Source: an uncultured bacterium (lineage in GTDB: Bacteria > Patescibacteriota > Minisyncoccia > UBA6257 > 2-01-FULL-56-20). From it: a DNA stretch of 64,000 nt. The stretch covers positions 186,902 through 250,901 of the forward strand of contig CAVRXN010000002.1 in the NCBI GenBank assembly GCA_963725235.1, read 5' to 3'. Below are positions 1 through 9,202 of this stretch, piece by piece (the first letter of the stretch is position 1; the number at the start of each line of letters is the position of its first letter). Below the pieces are notes generated by a model that was not told the DNA's origin, did not search any database, and was given only the letters and a program-made list of their open reading frames with translations. The position numbers and the translations under genes were made by a program.

Positions 1-1027
1 CGTGCGAAGCTCGAGTCGCTCGTACAGGAATATATTGATCGCTCGATCGCGTTGACAAAAGAAACCGTAACCGCGGCCGCACCAAAAGGCGCCGGTTTCC
101 AACTCGCGGACATTAACGAGATCATCATGGTCGGCGGCCAGACGCGCATGCCGGCGATCGTCGAAGCGGTCAAAAAGTTGTTCGGCAAAGATCCGCATCA
201 GGGCATCAATCCGGATGAAGTGGTCGCGATCGGCGCGGCGGTGCAGGCCGGCATCTTGCAGGGTGACGTCAAAGATATTTTGCTGCTCGACGTAACGCCG
301 CTGACGCTTGTCGATAGAAACATTCGGCGCGGTTGCGACGCCGATGATCCAAAAAAACACGACGGTGCCGACGGCGAAGACGCAGACGTTCTCAACCGCC
401 GCGGATAACCAAACATCCGTCGAAGTGCACGTCACGCAGGGCGAGCGCCCGATGGCAGCCGACAATAAAACCCTCGCGAGATTTTTGCTCGACGGCATTC
501 CGCCGTCGCCGCGCGGCGTCCCGCAAGTAGAAGTGACATTTGACATCGACGCGAACGGAATTTTGAACGTCTCCGCGAAAGACAAGGCGAGCGGAAAATC
601 GCAATCAGTAAAGATCGAGGCGAGCACGTCGCTGTCAAAAGACGACATTGAAAGGATGAAAAAAGAAGCGACCGAACACGCGGCGGAGGACGCGAAAAAG
701 AAAGAATTAATAGAGGCGCGGAACGGCGCGGAATCGTTAATCTACACAACGGAAAAAGCAATAACAGACGCAGGCGAAAAATTACCTGCGGATATAAAAG
801 CGTCAGTGGCCGAAAAGCTCGACACCCTGAAAAAGGCACAAGCCGGTGAAGACGCCGCCGCGATAGCTGCGGCAACACAAGCGCTGTCCACAGAAATACA
901 AAAAATAGGCCAGGCGGCGTATAATAAAGAGAATGGACCAACCAACCCAACCGACGCCCCCAGCAACCCCGGCAACTCCGGAACCGACACAGACGCCCCC
1001 GACCAAGCCGGGCCTCATCAGTCCTAG
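1..1027 (+). CDS. dnaK: Molecular chaperone DnaK (Hsp70), C-terminal ~340 codons. The 5' end lies upstream of the window. One apparent frameshift at ~308-311.
   Basis: Frame 1 from nt 1 reads [71 protein letters not shown]. The conserved continuation [72 protein letters not shown] is in frame 2 (ORF 308..1027). Confidence 0.9.
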
Positions 1028-2015
1028 TCACCTCTACCAGCCGCAATCTCAGCAAAATTTAATAAATCCGATAACGATCGTCGAGGAACATCCGGTCCGA
1101 ATTTGGAAAACGCTCATCTTCGACATCCTGACCGTTATCGCCGCCGGCGGATTCGGATATTCATTCGTGCGGTTCCTTGCCGGCGGATCGTTCTGGTGGG
1201 TCTCCGCCGCACTCCTCATCTGGTCAGCCGTTTCCGTTATCGTAGGGTTCATCCAAAAAGATGCGGGCCGGCGATTCTTGGTCGCCCTCCTCGAATCGAT
1301 CGCCATGGTCGCGTTCTTCTATACGCTCGCATGGCAAGCGCTCGCGGTAACCGCGCTCGTCGTTTTACTCTGCTTGCTCTGGGGATATTTTTCCATCCGC
1401 CGCGAACTGCGCAATACGATCGAGATCCGTTTTTTCACGGCGAGCGGCAAAATGGTTGGTAAGATTATCACCGCCGCGGTCGTTTTCGTAATTATTATGT
1501 ACGGATCGCTTGCGAATAATAACGGCAGCTTATTTGTTTCGCAAGGAGTTTTTAATTCATTCTTTAATTGGACCGGTGCGTTCGTCAATAAATTTTATCC
1601 AACCGTCCCGGTGACGGGCTCATTCGGCGATTTTGCACAAGCTATTGCAGAGATGCAGCTCGCAAATAATCCGGCATTCCAAAGCTTGCCGCCCGCCGAA
1701 CAAAACCAGGCGGTTGCGGATTCGGCCCAGCAATTCATGAATGGATTCACGACGTCGACGAGCGCAGCGACGATGCCGACGAGCAATGTTTTTTACGACT
1801 ATATAGTCCATCTGTTCGCGGATTTGCAAAACCGTTATAATGATTTCTTCATTGGTAGCTGGGGGTTGTTGCTGTTCTTGATTTTACGCAGCATTGGGAT
1901 TATCGTGGTGTGGGTCGGCCAGTTTGCGGCGGCCATCTTGTACGAGATCTTGCTTGCGACAGGATTTTTGAAGATCGCCGAACATCCGGCGACAAAGGAA
2001 ACTATTGAAATATAA
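933..2015 (+). CDS. Multi-pass membrane protein of unknown function with a Pro/Thr/Gln-rich N-terminus, sitting between dnaK and dnaJ
   Basis: 360-aa ORF with several long hydrophobic segments ([58 protein letters not shown]). The only ATG upstream of the first TM segment is at 933 and overlaps the dnaK 3' end, so the start is uncertain. Confidence 0.55.
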   Translation: MDQPTQPTPPATPATPEPTQTPPTKPGLISPSHLYQPQSQQNLINPITIVEEHPVRIWKTLIFDILTVIAAGGFGYSFVRFLAGGSFWWVSAALLIWSAVSVIVGFIQKDAGRRFLVALLESIAMVAFFYTLAWQALAVTALVVLLCLLWGYFSIRRELRNTIEIRFFTASGKMVGKIITAAVVFVIIMYGSLANNNGSLFVSQGVFNSFFNWTGAFVNKFYPTVPVTGSFGDFAQAIAEMQLANNPAFQSLPPAEQNQAVADSAQQFMNGFTTSTSAATMPTSNVFYDYIVHLFADLQNRYNDFFIGSWGLLLFLILRSIGIIVVWVGQFAAAILYEILLATGFLKIAEHPATKETIEI

Positions 2016-2023
2016 ATGGCACC

Positions 2024-3139
2024 ATGGCAAAAGATTATTACAACATTTTAGGCATCGGCAAAAACGCATCCGAAGACGATATCAAAAAAGCATATCGTAA
2101 ATTGGCGCACCAATATCATCCGGACAAGACCGGCGGTGATGATAAAAAGTTCAAGGAGATCAACGAAGCGTATCAGGTGTTATCCGACAAAAATCGGCGT
2201 ATGCAGTACGACCGGTTTGGGACGGCCGAACCGTTCGGCGCCGGCGGCGCGGGCGGTTTTCCTGGTGGCGGTTTTCCCGGCGGCGCGCAATGGGGCGGCT
2301 TCGGTTTCGATCCATCGCAATTCAACGGACAGTTCAACGGTGCCGATATGGGCGATCTCGGTGATATGATGGAAAGTATTTTCGAAGGATTCGGCGTTGG
2401 CCCACGGCGGAAGACATACGAGAAAGGCGCCGACCTCGAATTGCAGGAGCATATTACACTAGAAGAATCCTTCCGCGGGCTCGTGAAAAATATTAAATTG
2501 CGGACGCTCGTCGAATGCGCGAAATGCAAAGGCAAGGGCGCCGAGCCGGGCAGTGGTTTCGAAAAGTGCACGACCTGCGATGGGCGCGGCGAGATCCGCG
2601 AAGAGAAGCGCTCATTCTTTGGTAGTTTTTCCCAGGTGCGGACCTGTTCGAAATGCCATGGCACGGGCGAAATTCCGAAGAAGGCCTGCAACACATGCAA
2701 GGGCTCCGGCCGCGTCGAATCCGACCGCGACATTCGCCTCGAAATTTTGCCGGGCATCGAAGACAACCAGCTGATACAAATCCGCGGAGCCGGCGAAGCA
2801 GGTGAGCGTGGAACCGCAGCGGGCGATCTCTATATCCGCGTTCGCGTCAAACCGCATTCGGTTTTTGAACGCCATGGCGCGAACCTCGTCGTCGCGCGTG
2901 AATTGAACGTCGTCGATTTATTACTCGGCCGCAAGATCGAAGTGCCGACCATCGCTGGTGGCCATCTCGCAATCGATATTCCAGCTGGCTCCAATCTGAA
3001 AGAAAATTTCCGTATCGTGGGCGAAGGCATGCCGCATTTCAACTCCCGCGGCCGCGGCGACCTGTACGTTAACTTCATCATAAAAGCGCCGAAGAAACTC
3101 GACGGGAAGGCACGGAAAGCGTTGGAGGACGGGGAGTAG
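2024..3139 (+). CDS. dnaJ: Co-chaperone DnaJ (Hsp40)
   Basis: J-domain [35 protein letters not shown], a G/F-rich linker, and four CxxCxGxG zinc-finger repeats ([32 protein letters not shown]). Confidence 0.95.
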   Translation: MAKDYYNILGIGKNASEDDIKKAYRKLAHQYHPDKTGGDDKKFKEINEAYQVLSDKNRRMQYDRFGTAEPFGAGGAGGFPGGGFPGGAQWGGFGFDPSQFNGQFNGADMGDLGDMMESIFEGFGVGPRRKTYEKGADLELQEHITLEESFRGLVKNIKLRTLVECAKCKGKGAEPGSGFEKCTTCDGRGEIREEKRSFFGSFSQVRTCSKCHGTGEIPKKACNTCKGSGRVESDRDIRLEILPGIEDNQLIQIRGAGEAGERGTAAGDLYIRVRVKPHSVFERHGANLVVARELNVVDLLLGRKIEVPTIAGGHLAIDIPAGSNLKENFRIVGEGMPHFNSRGRGDLYVNFIIKAPKKLDGKARKALEDGE

Positions 3140-3171
3140 GGTTTGGAGATTAAAAAAGTATTAAACATTTT

Positions 3172-3201
3172 TTGACGGTAATTTAGGAAGTTTCATACAA
3201 T
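3172..3201 (+). promoter_or_regulatory. Sigma70-type promoter for hicBA: -35 TTGACG, 18-nt spacer, -10 TACAAT
   Basis: TTGACG at 3172-3177 and TACAAT at 3196-3201. The -10 box overlaps the first ATG (3200) of the ORF, which argues for the second ATG at 3236 as the true hicB start. Confidence 0.45.
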
Positions 3202-3469
3202 GAAACAAAGTCGCAAAAAAAATAAAAAAAAGACGATGTACCACTACAATATTGTGCTCCGGCCTGAACCGGAAGGTGGTTTTACTGCTATGGCGCCCGC
3301 GTTTCCGGGCTGCATAACATATGGGCGGACGCTCGACGAGGCAAAATCGTTAATCAAAGATGCCATAATTGGTTATATGACCAGCTTGGCAAAGCATAAG
3401 GAGCCGATTCCTACTGATACCGAGACGTTGGTTACCTCGCTTGATCTCGAGTATGCCAAAACTTCCTAG
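3200..3469 (+). CDS. hicB: HicB-family antitoxin; likely true start at 3236
   Basis: YHYNIVLRPEPEGGFTAMAPAFPGCITYGRTLDEAKSLIKDAI is the typical HicB N-terminal (RNase H-like fold) signature. It overlaps the downstream hicA by 29 nt. Confidence 0.8.
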   Translation: MKQSRKKNKKKTMYHYNIVLRPEPEGGFTAMAPAFPGCITYGRTLDEAKSLIKDAIIGYMTSLAKHKEPIPTDTETLVTSLDLEYAKTS

Positions 3470-3671
3470 TTTTCGACCACGCGAAATAATCAAATTTCTT
3501 ATGGCCAATGGATTCACTCTCGACCACGTAAGCGGCAGTCATTATATATTCTACAACCCGACCAATAAGCGTCGTGCCGTCGTTCCGCGCCATAATCATG
3601 ATATGCCGAAAGGGACGCTATTAGCGCTTTTGAAAGAGGCGGGATTTACCAAAGAAGATTTCTTGAGGTAA
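3441..3671 (+). CDS. hicA: HicA-family mRNA interferase toxin (YcfA/HicA)
   Basis: PREIIKFLMANGFTLDHVSGSHYIFYNP..RAVVPRHNHDMPKGTLLALLKEAGFTKEDF matches the HicA pattern. 76 aa, paired with hicB. Confidence 0.85.
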   Translation: MISSMPKLPSFRPREIIKFLMANGFTLDHVSGSHYIFYNPTNKRRAVVPRHNHDMPKGTLLALLKEAGFTKEDFLR

Positions 3672-4212
3672 GAATAAGCGTTACGATAGCGACAATAAAA
3701 ACAGCCGCTTCGAATGCCAGTTCCGGACTGCGCAAGTAATGCTTGACCCAATCCGGATCACCAAACTCTGCTGCGGCCTGTTTTTGCTCGCCCGGCGTCC
3801 ACGAAACGACAAATTGCCGAGCAGATTTCCCATCCTTACCCGCAAAGAATTTATAATATTTTTTTGAGAATGGATATAGCCAGCGAATACCCCAGCCGCC
3901 GCCTTTGGGAATGGAGTCGTGAAGAAAATGCCAGAATGATAGGGCCGCAAAGAGCCATGCGACGGCGATGCTCCAGAAAGATAATATGATGAATCCAATG
4001 CCAATAAAGATAATGGGATTATGTGTGATGTCGCGATGCTCGTGGGCGAACTCATCGAGCTGTTTTTCCTTGAAAAAATAAATAGCAAAATCTATATCAG
4101 GCAGGAGTGAGAATAAAATGGAGACCAGAAGAATGCGCCAATCGAGAGGGACGCTTTCGGCGTGGACAAAGATGATGGCTGCAAAGATTCCGATTCCAAT
4201 GTCGAGAGGCAT
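3646..4212 (-). CDS. Membrane-bound metal-dependent hydrolase (DUF457/YdjM-like)
   Basis: Multi-TM protein with LLPDIDF.. and HEHRDITHNPI motifs typical of DUF457. A TATAAT box (4219-4224, minus strand) lies 6 nt upstream of the ATG. Confidence 0.7.
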   Translation of the reverse strand: MPLDIGIGIFAAIIFVHAESVPLDWRILLVSILFSLLPDIDFAIYFFKEKQLDEFAHEHRDITHNPIIFIGIGFIILSFWSIAVAWLFAALSFWHFLHDSIPKGGGWGIRWLYPFSKKYYKFFAGKDGKSARQFVVSWTPGEQKQAAAEFGDPDWVKHYLRSPELAFEAAVFIVAIVTLILTSRNLLW

Positions 4213-4241
4213 AATGACATTATAGCAAGAAATGCTATTAT

Positions 4242-4871
4242 ATGACTATGAATTTGAAAGAACAGCTTACCCAAGCTAAGAAAACGCGATGGCTTGATAT
4301 TGGCAGTGGCGGGAATTTCGAAGATGGATTTTATTATCTTGATACTTTTCCGGAAGGGATGGTCGATGAACGTTTTCGAAAAAGATACTTTCGTGCCGAT
4401 CTTTTGAATAGTTCCGACTTGAAGTTGAAAGAATTAGGAACTTTTGATTTGGTGCGGTTGCAGCATACTTTCGAGCACTTTACTCCGGAAGAAGGCCTGC
4501 GTGTTTTGCAAACATGCGCAAGATTGTTGAATGATGGCGGTTATATTTTGATTAGTGTTCCAGATCTCAGGGTTCATATAGAGAAGTATAGAAATGGTGG
4601 TTATGCTGATTGGAAAGGGTTTAGATGGTGGGCGAATCAAAGAATTTCTGAGAATGCGCCGGATAGTTTTTACTTTTCGATTTTTGCTCATAGTATGCCA
4701 TATGAAGGTCATAAGTGGTGCTATGATAACGAGGGCTTGCAATTTCAACTAGAGCAAGCGGAAGTTTTTGTTGATATCCAAGAATTGAAATTGGACAACC
4801 CCCTATCTTCAACTCCATTTACACACAATCGTCCAGAAGAAGATGTTTGCTATCTTGCTCGGAAAAAATGA
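4242..4871 (+). CDS. Class I SAM-dependent methyltransferase; possible start at 4248
   Basis: LDIGSGGN (motif I-like), followed by LLNDGGYILISVPD (post-II/III motif). Stop TGA overlaps the next gene's ATG (ATGA at 4868-4871). Confidence 0.65.
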   Translation: MTMNLKEQLTQAKKTRWLDIGSGGNFEDGFYYLDTFPEGMVDERFRKRYFRADLLNSSDLKLKELGTFDLVRLQHTFEHFTPEEGLRVLQTCARLLNDGGYILISVPDLRVHIEKYRNGGYADWKGFRWWANQRISENAPDSFYFSIFAHSMPYEGHKWCYDNEGLQFQLEQAEVFVDIQELKLDNPLSSTPFTHNRPEEDVCYLARKK

Positions 4872-5281
4872 AGAAAGGTTCAATATTGATTTCATCCTCT
4901 AAAAATTTCATCCAGGCCGCCGAAGCGGCCGCACTTTACATCGAGCTTGGCTGGGGAACTGCGCGCGAGTACACAGCTGCAAAAATGCGCCGCTCGCTCG
5001 CGAATTGTGACATCGTCGTCGGCGCGCGGAATGAAGCCGGCGAATTAATCGGCATCGCGCGAGCGCTCAGCGACTTCGCCATCGAAACGAAAATCCTCGA
5101 CATGATTATCGCGCCGGAATATCAGCGGCAGGGGATTGGCGCGAAGCTGATGCGCGAGATCGAACGCCTCGCGAGCGGCACAAACATCTACTTCGAAACC
5201 GAGCCAAAAAATTTTGGGTTTGCGGCGAAGTGTGGCTATCGCAAGCGCAATGGCCTTGCCGTTTTCGTGAAAAAACGGTAA
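4868..5281 (+). CDS. GNAT-family N-acetyltransferase
   Basis: Acetyl-CoA binding motif QRQGIGAKLMREIERLA and a C-terminal GY..R segment. Start chosen at the ATGA overlap with the upstream gene. Confidence 0.8.
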   Translation: MKKGSILISSSKNFIQAAEAAALYIELGWGTAREYTAAKMRRSLANCDIVVGARNEAGELIGIARALSDFAIETKILDMIIAPEYQRQGIGAKLMREIERLASGTNIYFETEPKNFGFAAKCGYRKRNGLAVFVKKR

Positions 5282-5301
5282 AGTGGACTGCGTATCGACG
5301 A

Positions 5302-5373
5302 GCCCTCGTCGTTCAACGGATAGGACGTAAGATTGCGGATCTTATGATTGAGGTTCGATTCCTCACGAGGGCA
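5302..5373 (+). tRNA. tRNA-Arg (anticodon GCG)
   Basis: Manual cloverleaf: acceptor GCCCTCG/CGAGGGC, D arm GTTC..GGAC, anticodon stem TAAGA/TCTTA with loop TTGCGGA, T arm TGAGG-TTCGATT-CCTCA, discriminator A. 72 nt, no encoded CCA. Confidence 0.9.
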
Positions 5374-5383
5374 CAACGACAAT

Positions 5384-5851
5384 TTAAAATCTCAGCAGTT
5401 TCTCAATCGCCTCAATCAGCGTCGTCTGATGCTCGACCTCGCGCAGGATCAGTTTCAAATTCTTGCGGATCTCATCGAGCGCTTCCGCCGGCGCCAAAAT
5501 TTTTAATGGTGTCTTTAATTTGGCGCGAAAATTGAACGCGACCTCGGACCAGCCCTCGGTAAATTCCTCGGCGCTCCAACTTTCAAATTCTTTTAATGCG
5601 TGGTATTTATGCGCACCAACGGTCAACCCGCTGTCCGTCAATTCGAAATCTATCTCGCGCGGTTCACGGTTCGCCCACGTTATAACGAGGATCTCAGCGA
5701 CGACGACAAAAAAGCCAAACAGGAAATTGCGCTCCCAGACGGCGAAAGCGATAATGCAGGCGGCCGCGATAATCGAGATCCAGTACCACGAGACGGTTTT
5801 CTCACGATACTCGAACTCGGGTGCCTGCCAATGAATTTCAAATTGTGCCAT
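5384..5851 (-). CDS. Hypothetical two-TM membrane protein
   Basis: 155-aa ORF: N-terminal WYWISIIAAACIIAFAVW and LFGFFVVVAEILVITW hydrophobic helices, then a soluble tail. No recognisable family. Confidence 0.55.
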   Translation of the reverse strand: MAQFEIHWQAPEFEYREKTVSWYWISIIAAACIIAFAVWERNFLFGFFVVVAEILVITWANREPREIDFELTDSGLTVGAHKYHALKEFESWSAEEFTEGWSEVAFNFRAKLKTPLKILAPAEALDEIRKNLKLILREVEHQTTLIEAIEKLLRF

Positions 5852-5863
5852 AGTGAAAGTATA

Positions 5864-6589
5864 TCATGTTTTCGCAACGGCGAGCGCGACGATCCGGTCG
5901 GCGCCAGCGGCTTTCAAAACAAGCGCCGCTTCATAGAACGTCGAGCCGGTCGTCGAGACGTCGTCGATCAAAATAATATTTTTACCGAAGACGGTCGAGC
6001 GCGTGGCCCCGCTATCATCCGCAACCGCAAACACACCGCGAATATTCTCGCGCCGCTCGGCGACATCGCCGATGTCGCTCTGCGGCTTCGCGTGCCGCGA
6101 GCGAATTAATGTCGCAGTATCGAGCGGCAGCGACAATCGAGAAGCGAACCGCCGCGCGATGAGTTCGGCTTGGTTGTAGCCGCGCGATCGACGGCGCCGG
6201 CGCGACAGGGGAACGGGCATGACAACGAAATCCGAGAAGTCGACCGCGAAGTCGACCGGCAACCGCCGCGCGTAATTATAGAGGAGGTCGCCGAGCGGTT
6301 CGGCCGCGATGCTAATTGAGCGGAATTTTAGATGATGGATGAGCGACTGCAGGACACGATTTTCATACGGCGCCGCGCCGCCGAGCATAAACGGAAAATC
6401 GGGATGGCAAGGGCTCGCGGAGTCGCCCGCCGCCGTAACCACCCACGCATGACATGCCCCGCACATCAGCGCGTTATTCAATTCGATGCCAGCAAAACAC
6501 GTATCGCAAACAGCGCCACGCGCTATTCGCGCGCGGCAGGCGACGCAAACGGGTGGGAATAAAATGTTAGCAATAAAGTCGGCGGACAT
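5864..6589 (-). CDS. comFC: ComF-family competence protein / phosphoribosyltransferase (ComFC-like)
   Basis: N-terminal zinc-ribbon cysteines (CVACRARI..CDTC, CGACHAW) and the C-terminal PRTase motif NIILIDDVSTTGST. Start taken at MSADF (ATG 6589); the longer TTG-initiated ORF to 6757 would overlap pilM. Confidence 0.8.
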   Translation of the reverse strand: MSADFIANILFPPVCVACRARIARGAVCDTCFAGIELNNALMCGACHAWVVTAAGDSASPCHPDFPFMLGGAAPYENRVLQSLIHHLKFRSISIAAEPLGDLLYNYARRLPVDFAVDFSDFVVMPVPLSRRRRRSRGYNQAELIARRFASRLSLPLDTATLIRSRHAKPQSDIGDVAERRENIRGVFAVADDSGATRSTVFGKNIILIDDVSTTGSTFYEAALVLKAAGADRIVALAVAKT

Positions 6590-6632
6590 GGTAAAATAAG
6601 GGTAGGTAAATCTTGCGCTTATTTTTTCAGCT

Positions 6633-7718
6633 ATGCAAAATCCTTTTAATAATCTTTTTAACTTTGGCAGCAATTCATATCTTGCGGTCGATATTGGGAC
6701 GACATCTATTAAGGCGGTGGAAATAAAAACCGACAAGCGCGCGCCGCGGATTACCAATTACGGCGTGCTCGAATCGAGCGGCTATTTGGCGCGGGCGAAC
6801 CAGGCGCTCCAGACGAGCAGTTTGAAAATATTCGAAGGCGACGTTATCGAATTGCTAAAAACGTTGACCAAGCAGATGGGCGTGCAAACGTCTCAGGCGG
6901 TCGCATCACTCCCGCCGTTTTCGGCATTTACGACCGTCCTCGATTTTCCGAAGATGGATCCGAAGGAAATCGAGAAGGCCATGGTGTATCAGGCGAAGCA
7001 GTATGTCCCGCTACCGCTTTCCGAAGTAGCGCTCGATTGGCTCTTGATCGGCGAGTATCAGGATGATAAAGGATTCGAACACCAAAAAATTATGCTGATC
7101 TCCGTCCCGCAGGAGCAGATCCAAAAATATCAGCGGATTTTTAAAGGTGCGGGCCTCGACTTGAAAGCGCTCGAGATCGAAAGTCTAAGTATCGCGCGGA
7201 CGATGAGCGACGATCCGACGCCGACGCTCGTTATCGATATCGGCAGCCGATCGACGAATATCGTCTTCATGGAAGACGGCCGGTTTACGTTCAGCGGCCA
7301 GAGTGATTTCGGCGGCGCATCGCTTACCCAGGCGCTCGCGACGAGCTTAGGCATCAATCCGTTGCGAGCCGAGGAACTGAAAAAAGAGCGTGGCATCGTC
7401 GGCACCGGGCCGAACTACGAATTATCCACAATCATGCTTCCATTTTTAGATGCTATACTGAATGAGGTGAAGAAGGTCCAGTTTTTATACCAGCAACAGC
7501 TGCCGTCGGCAAGGAAAACCGAGCGCGTCGTACTCGCCGGCGGAGGAGCCAACCTCCTCGGCATCGAAAAGTATTTCGAACGGGAGTTCGGCATGCCGGT
7601 TGTAAAGGCTGCGCCGTTTCTGAAGTATGATCACCCGGCTTCCATCGAACCCTTCGTTTCGGAGCTCAATCCGGTTATGTCGATCGCGCTCGGCCTCGGC
7701 ATGAAGATTGCAAAATAA
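6633..7718 (+). CDS. pilM: Type IV pilus assembly protein PilM (actin-like ATPase fold)
   Basis: N-terminal LAVDIGTTSIKAVEIK phosphate-1 motif, LVIDIGSRSTNIVF, VVLAGGGANLLGIEKYFEREFGMPV. First gene of the pilMNO block. Confidence 0.85.
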   Translation: MQNPFNNLFNFGSNSYLAVDIGTTSIKAVEIKTDKRAPRITNYGVLESSGYLARANQALQTSSLKIFEGDVIELLKTLTKQMGVQTSQAVASLPPFSAFTTVLDFPKMDPKEIEKAMVYQAKQYVPLPLSEVALDWLLIGEYQDDKGFEHQKIMLISVPQEQIQKYQRIFKGAGLDLKALEIESLSIARTMSDDPTPTLVIDIGSRSTNIVFMEDGRFTFSGQSDFGGASLTQALATSLGINPLRAEELKKERGIVGTGPNYELSTIMLPFLDAILNEVKKVQFLYQQQLPSARKTERVVLAGGGANLLGIEKYFEREFGMPVVKAAPFLKYDHPASIEPFVSELNPVMSIALGLGMKIAK

Positions 7719-8301
7719 CAACGATATGCCACTTCCACAGCAGGTTATCAATCAGTTGTCCCGTGAACCGGCGGAAACGCCAGGATGGTCCACCGGGATC
7801 ATTTTCTTTTCCGGCGCATTGCTCGTTATCGTGCTCGCGGTCTATTTCGCGATGATATTATTTTTCGAACCGCATATCAACACGCAGATTTCGAACATCG
7901 ATAGCCAAGTACAAACCCTCAGCCAATCGATTTCGTCACAGGACCAAACGAATCTCCTGACGTTCTACTCCCAGATTTCCAATTTGCAATCGCTGTTGGC
8001 GCATCACGTCCTCTTCTCGCAATTTTTAACCTGGCTTGAACAAAACACGGAAACAAATGTTGCCTATACTTCGTTTTCATTCAGCTCCGGCAACCAGATC
8101 TCGCTGACCGCAACTGCGGCGAGCGAAGCGGATATTAACCAGCAGATCGCGATCTTCCAGGCATCGCCGGAAGTTGAGAATGTTGTGATATCGAACGTCA
8201 GCGCTGCATCAACCGGCGGCGGCTTCCAATTCTCGGCGACGCTGCTGATGAACCCATCCGTATTTATCGCGTCGGCAACCGCTTCAACAACCGCACCATG
8301 A
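7708..8301 (+). CDS. pilN: PilN-like bitopic pilus assembly protein (TTG start at 7708, or ATG at 7726)
   Basis: A single N-terminal TM helix (IIFFSGALLVIVLAVYFAMILFF) followed by a periplasmic-type domain. Called mainly from its position after pilM. Confidence 0.55.
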   Translation: MQNNNDMPLPQQVINQLSREPAETPGWSTGIIFFSGALLVIVLAVYFAMILFFEPHINTQISNIDSQVQTLSQSISSQDQTNLLTFYSQISNLQSLLAHHVLFSQFLTWLEQNTETNVAYTSFSFSSGNQISLTATAASEADINQQIAIFQASPEVENVVISNVSAASTGGGFQFSATLLMNPSVFIASATASTTAP

Positions 8302-8882
8302 AACAAACCTCCAAGCGATTAATGAGTATCGGGTCGGCATTGCTTTTTATCGTCGTTGCGCTCGTCGTACTCTTTGATTTGGTCCAGCCCGAATACGGAA
8401 ATTTCCAGACGTTGAAAGGGCAGCTCGCGGGTGAGCAGGCGTTTTTGCAAAGCGAGACGACGGCTGTTGCGCAGGCACAGACGCTGATCAGCCAGTATCA
8501 AGGGCAGAGCGCAAGCGCGCAAACCGCGGCGCTCGCCGTGCCAACCGGTGAAGATCTTGCGGGCGCACTCGCGCAGGTCTACGGGCTGGCAGCGAATAGT
8601 AAGGGTTTGGTGATACAAACCGTCGGCGTCAGCGCGCCGGCGCTCCAGTCGCAGACAGCATCGTCGACCCAATTGGTCCAGCCGCTCGGGACGATAACAT
8701 TTCAAATTTCCGCCATCGGCAGCTATGAAGCGTTGCAGGATTTTCTCTCTGGCCTCGAAACCAATGTGCGGATATTCGACATAAAGGGGTTATCGGTCGC
8801 CCCTGCGAACGGGGCGACAGGCAAGTCCCAGGATTTTTTCACGTATAATCTAACAGTAGCGACCTATTATCAAACACAGTAA
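8298..8882 (+). CDS. pilO: PilO-like bitopic pilus assembly protein
   Basis: N-terminal TM helix (IGSALLFIVVALVVLF), a coiled-coil segment, and ATGA overlap with pilN. Position-based call. Confidence 0.55.
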   Translation: MKQTSKRLMSIGSALLFIVVALVVLFDLVQPEYGNFQTLKGQLAGEQAFLQSETTAVAQAQTLISQYQGQSASAQTAALAVPTGEDLAGALAQVYGLAANSKGLVIQTVGVSAPALQSQTASSTQLVQPLGTITFQISAIGSYEALQDFLSGLETNVRIFDIKGLSVAPANGATGKSQDFFTYNLTVATYYQTQ

Positions 8883-9184
8883 TGGCTATTATTATCGAAG
8901 AAGAAAAAATTAATAAATCGAACGCCACGAACCTGCTCGGCTGGTTTGTTATCATCGTCGCGCTTGGCGCCGCTGCCTATTATCTTTTCTTCGTGAGCGC
9001 CGCGCCAACAATCATAACCCCCCCCGCCGGATTCAGTAATATCACCCCGATTACACAGATAACGATCAATCCGCAGGCCGTCATAGCCAGCCCCCAGTTT
9101 ACGTCTCTTACGCAGACCGTCGCCGAACCGACATCGACAGGACCCGCTGCGGTCGGCCGCCAAGACCCATTCCTCGTGCCATAG
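8882..9184 (+). CDS. Small bitopic membrane protein, pilus-locus accessory (function unknown)
   Basis: 100-aa ORF with one TM helix (LLGWFVIIVALGAAAYYLFFV). TAATG overlap with pilO. Confidence 0.45.
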   Translation: MAIIIEEEKINKSNATNLLGWFVIIVALGAAAYYLFFVSAAPTIITPPAGFSNITPITQITINPQAVIASPQFTSLTQTVAEPTSTGPAAVGRQDPFLVP

Positions 9185-9202
9185 GTGTGGTAAAATGTAA
9201 GT

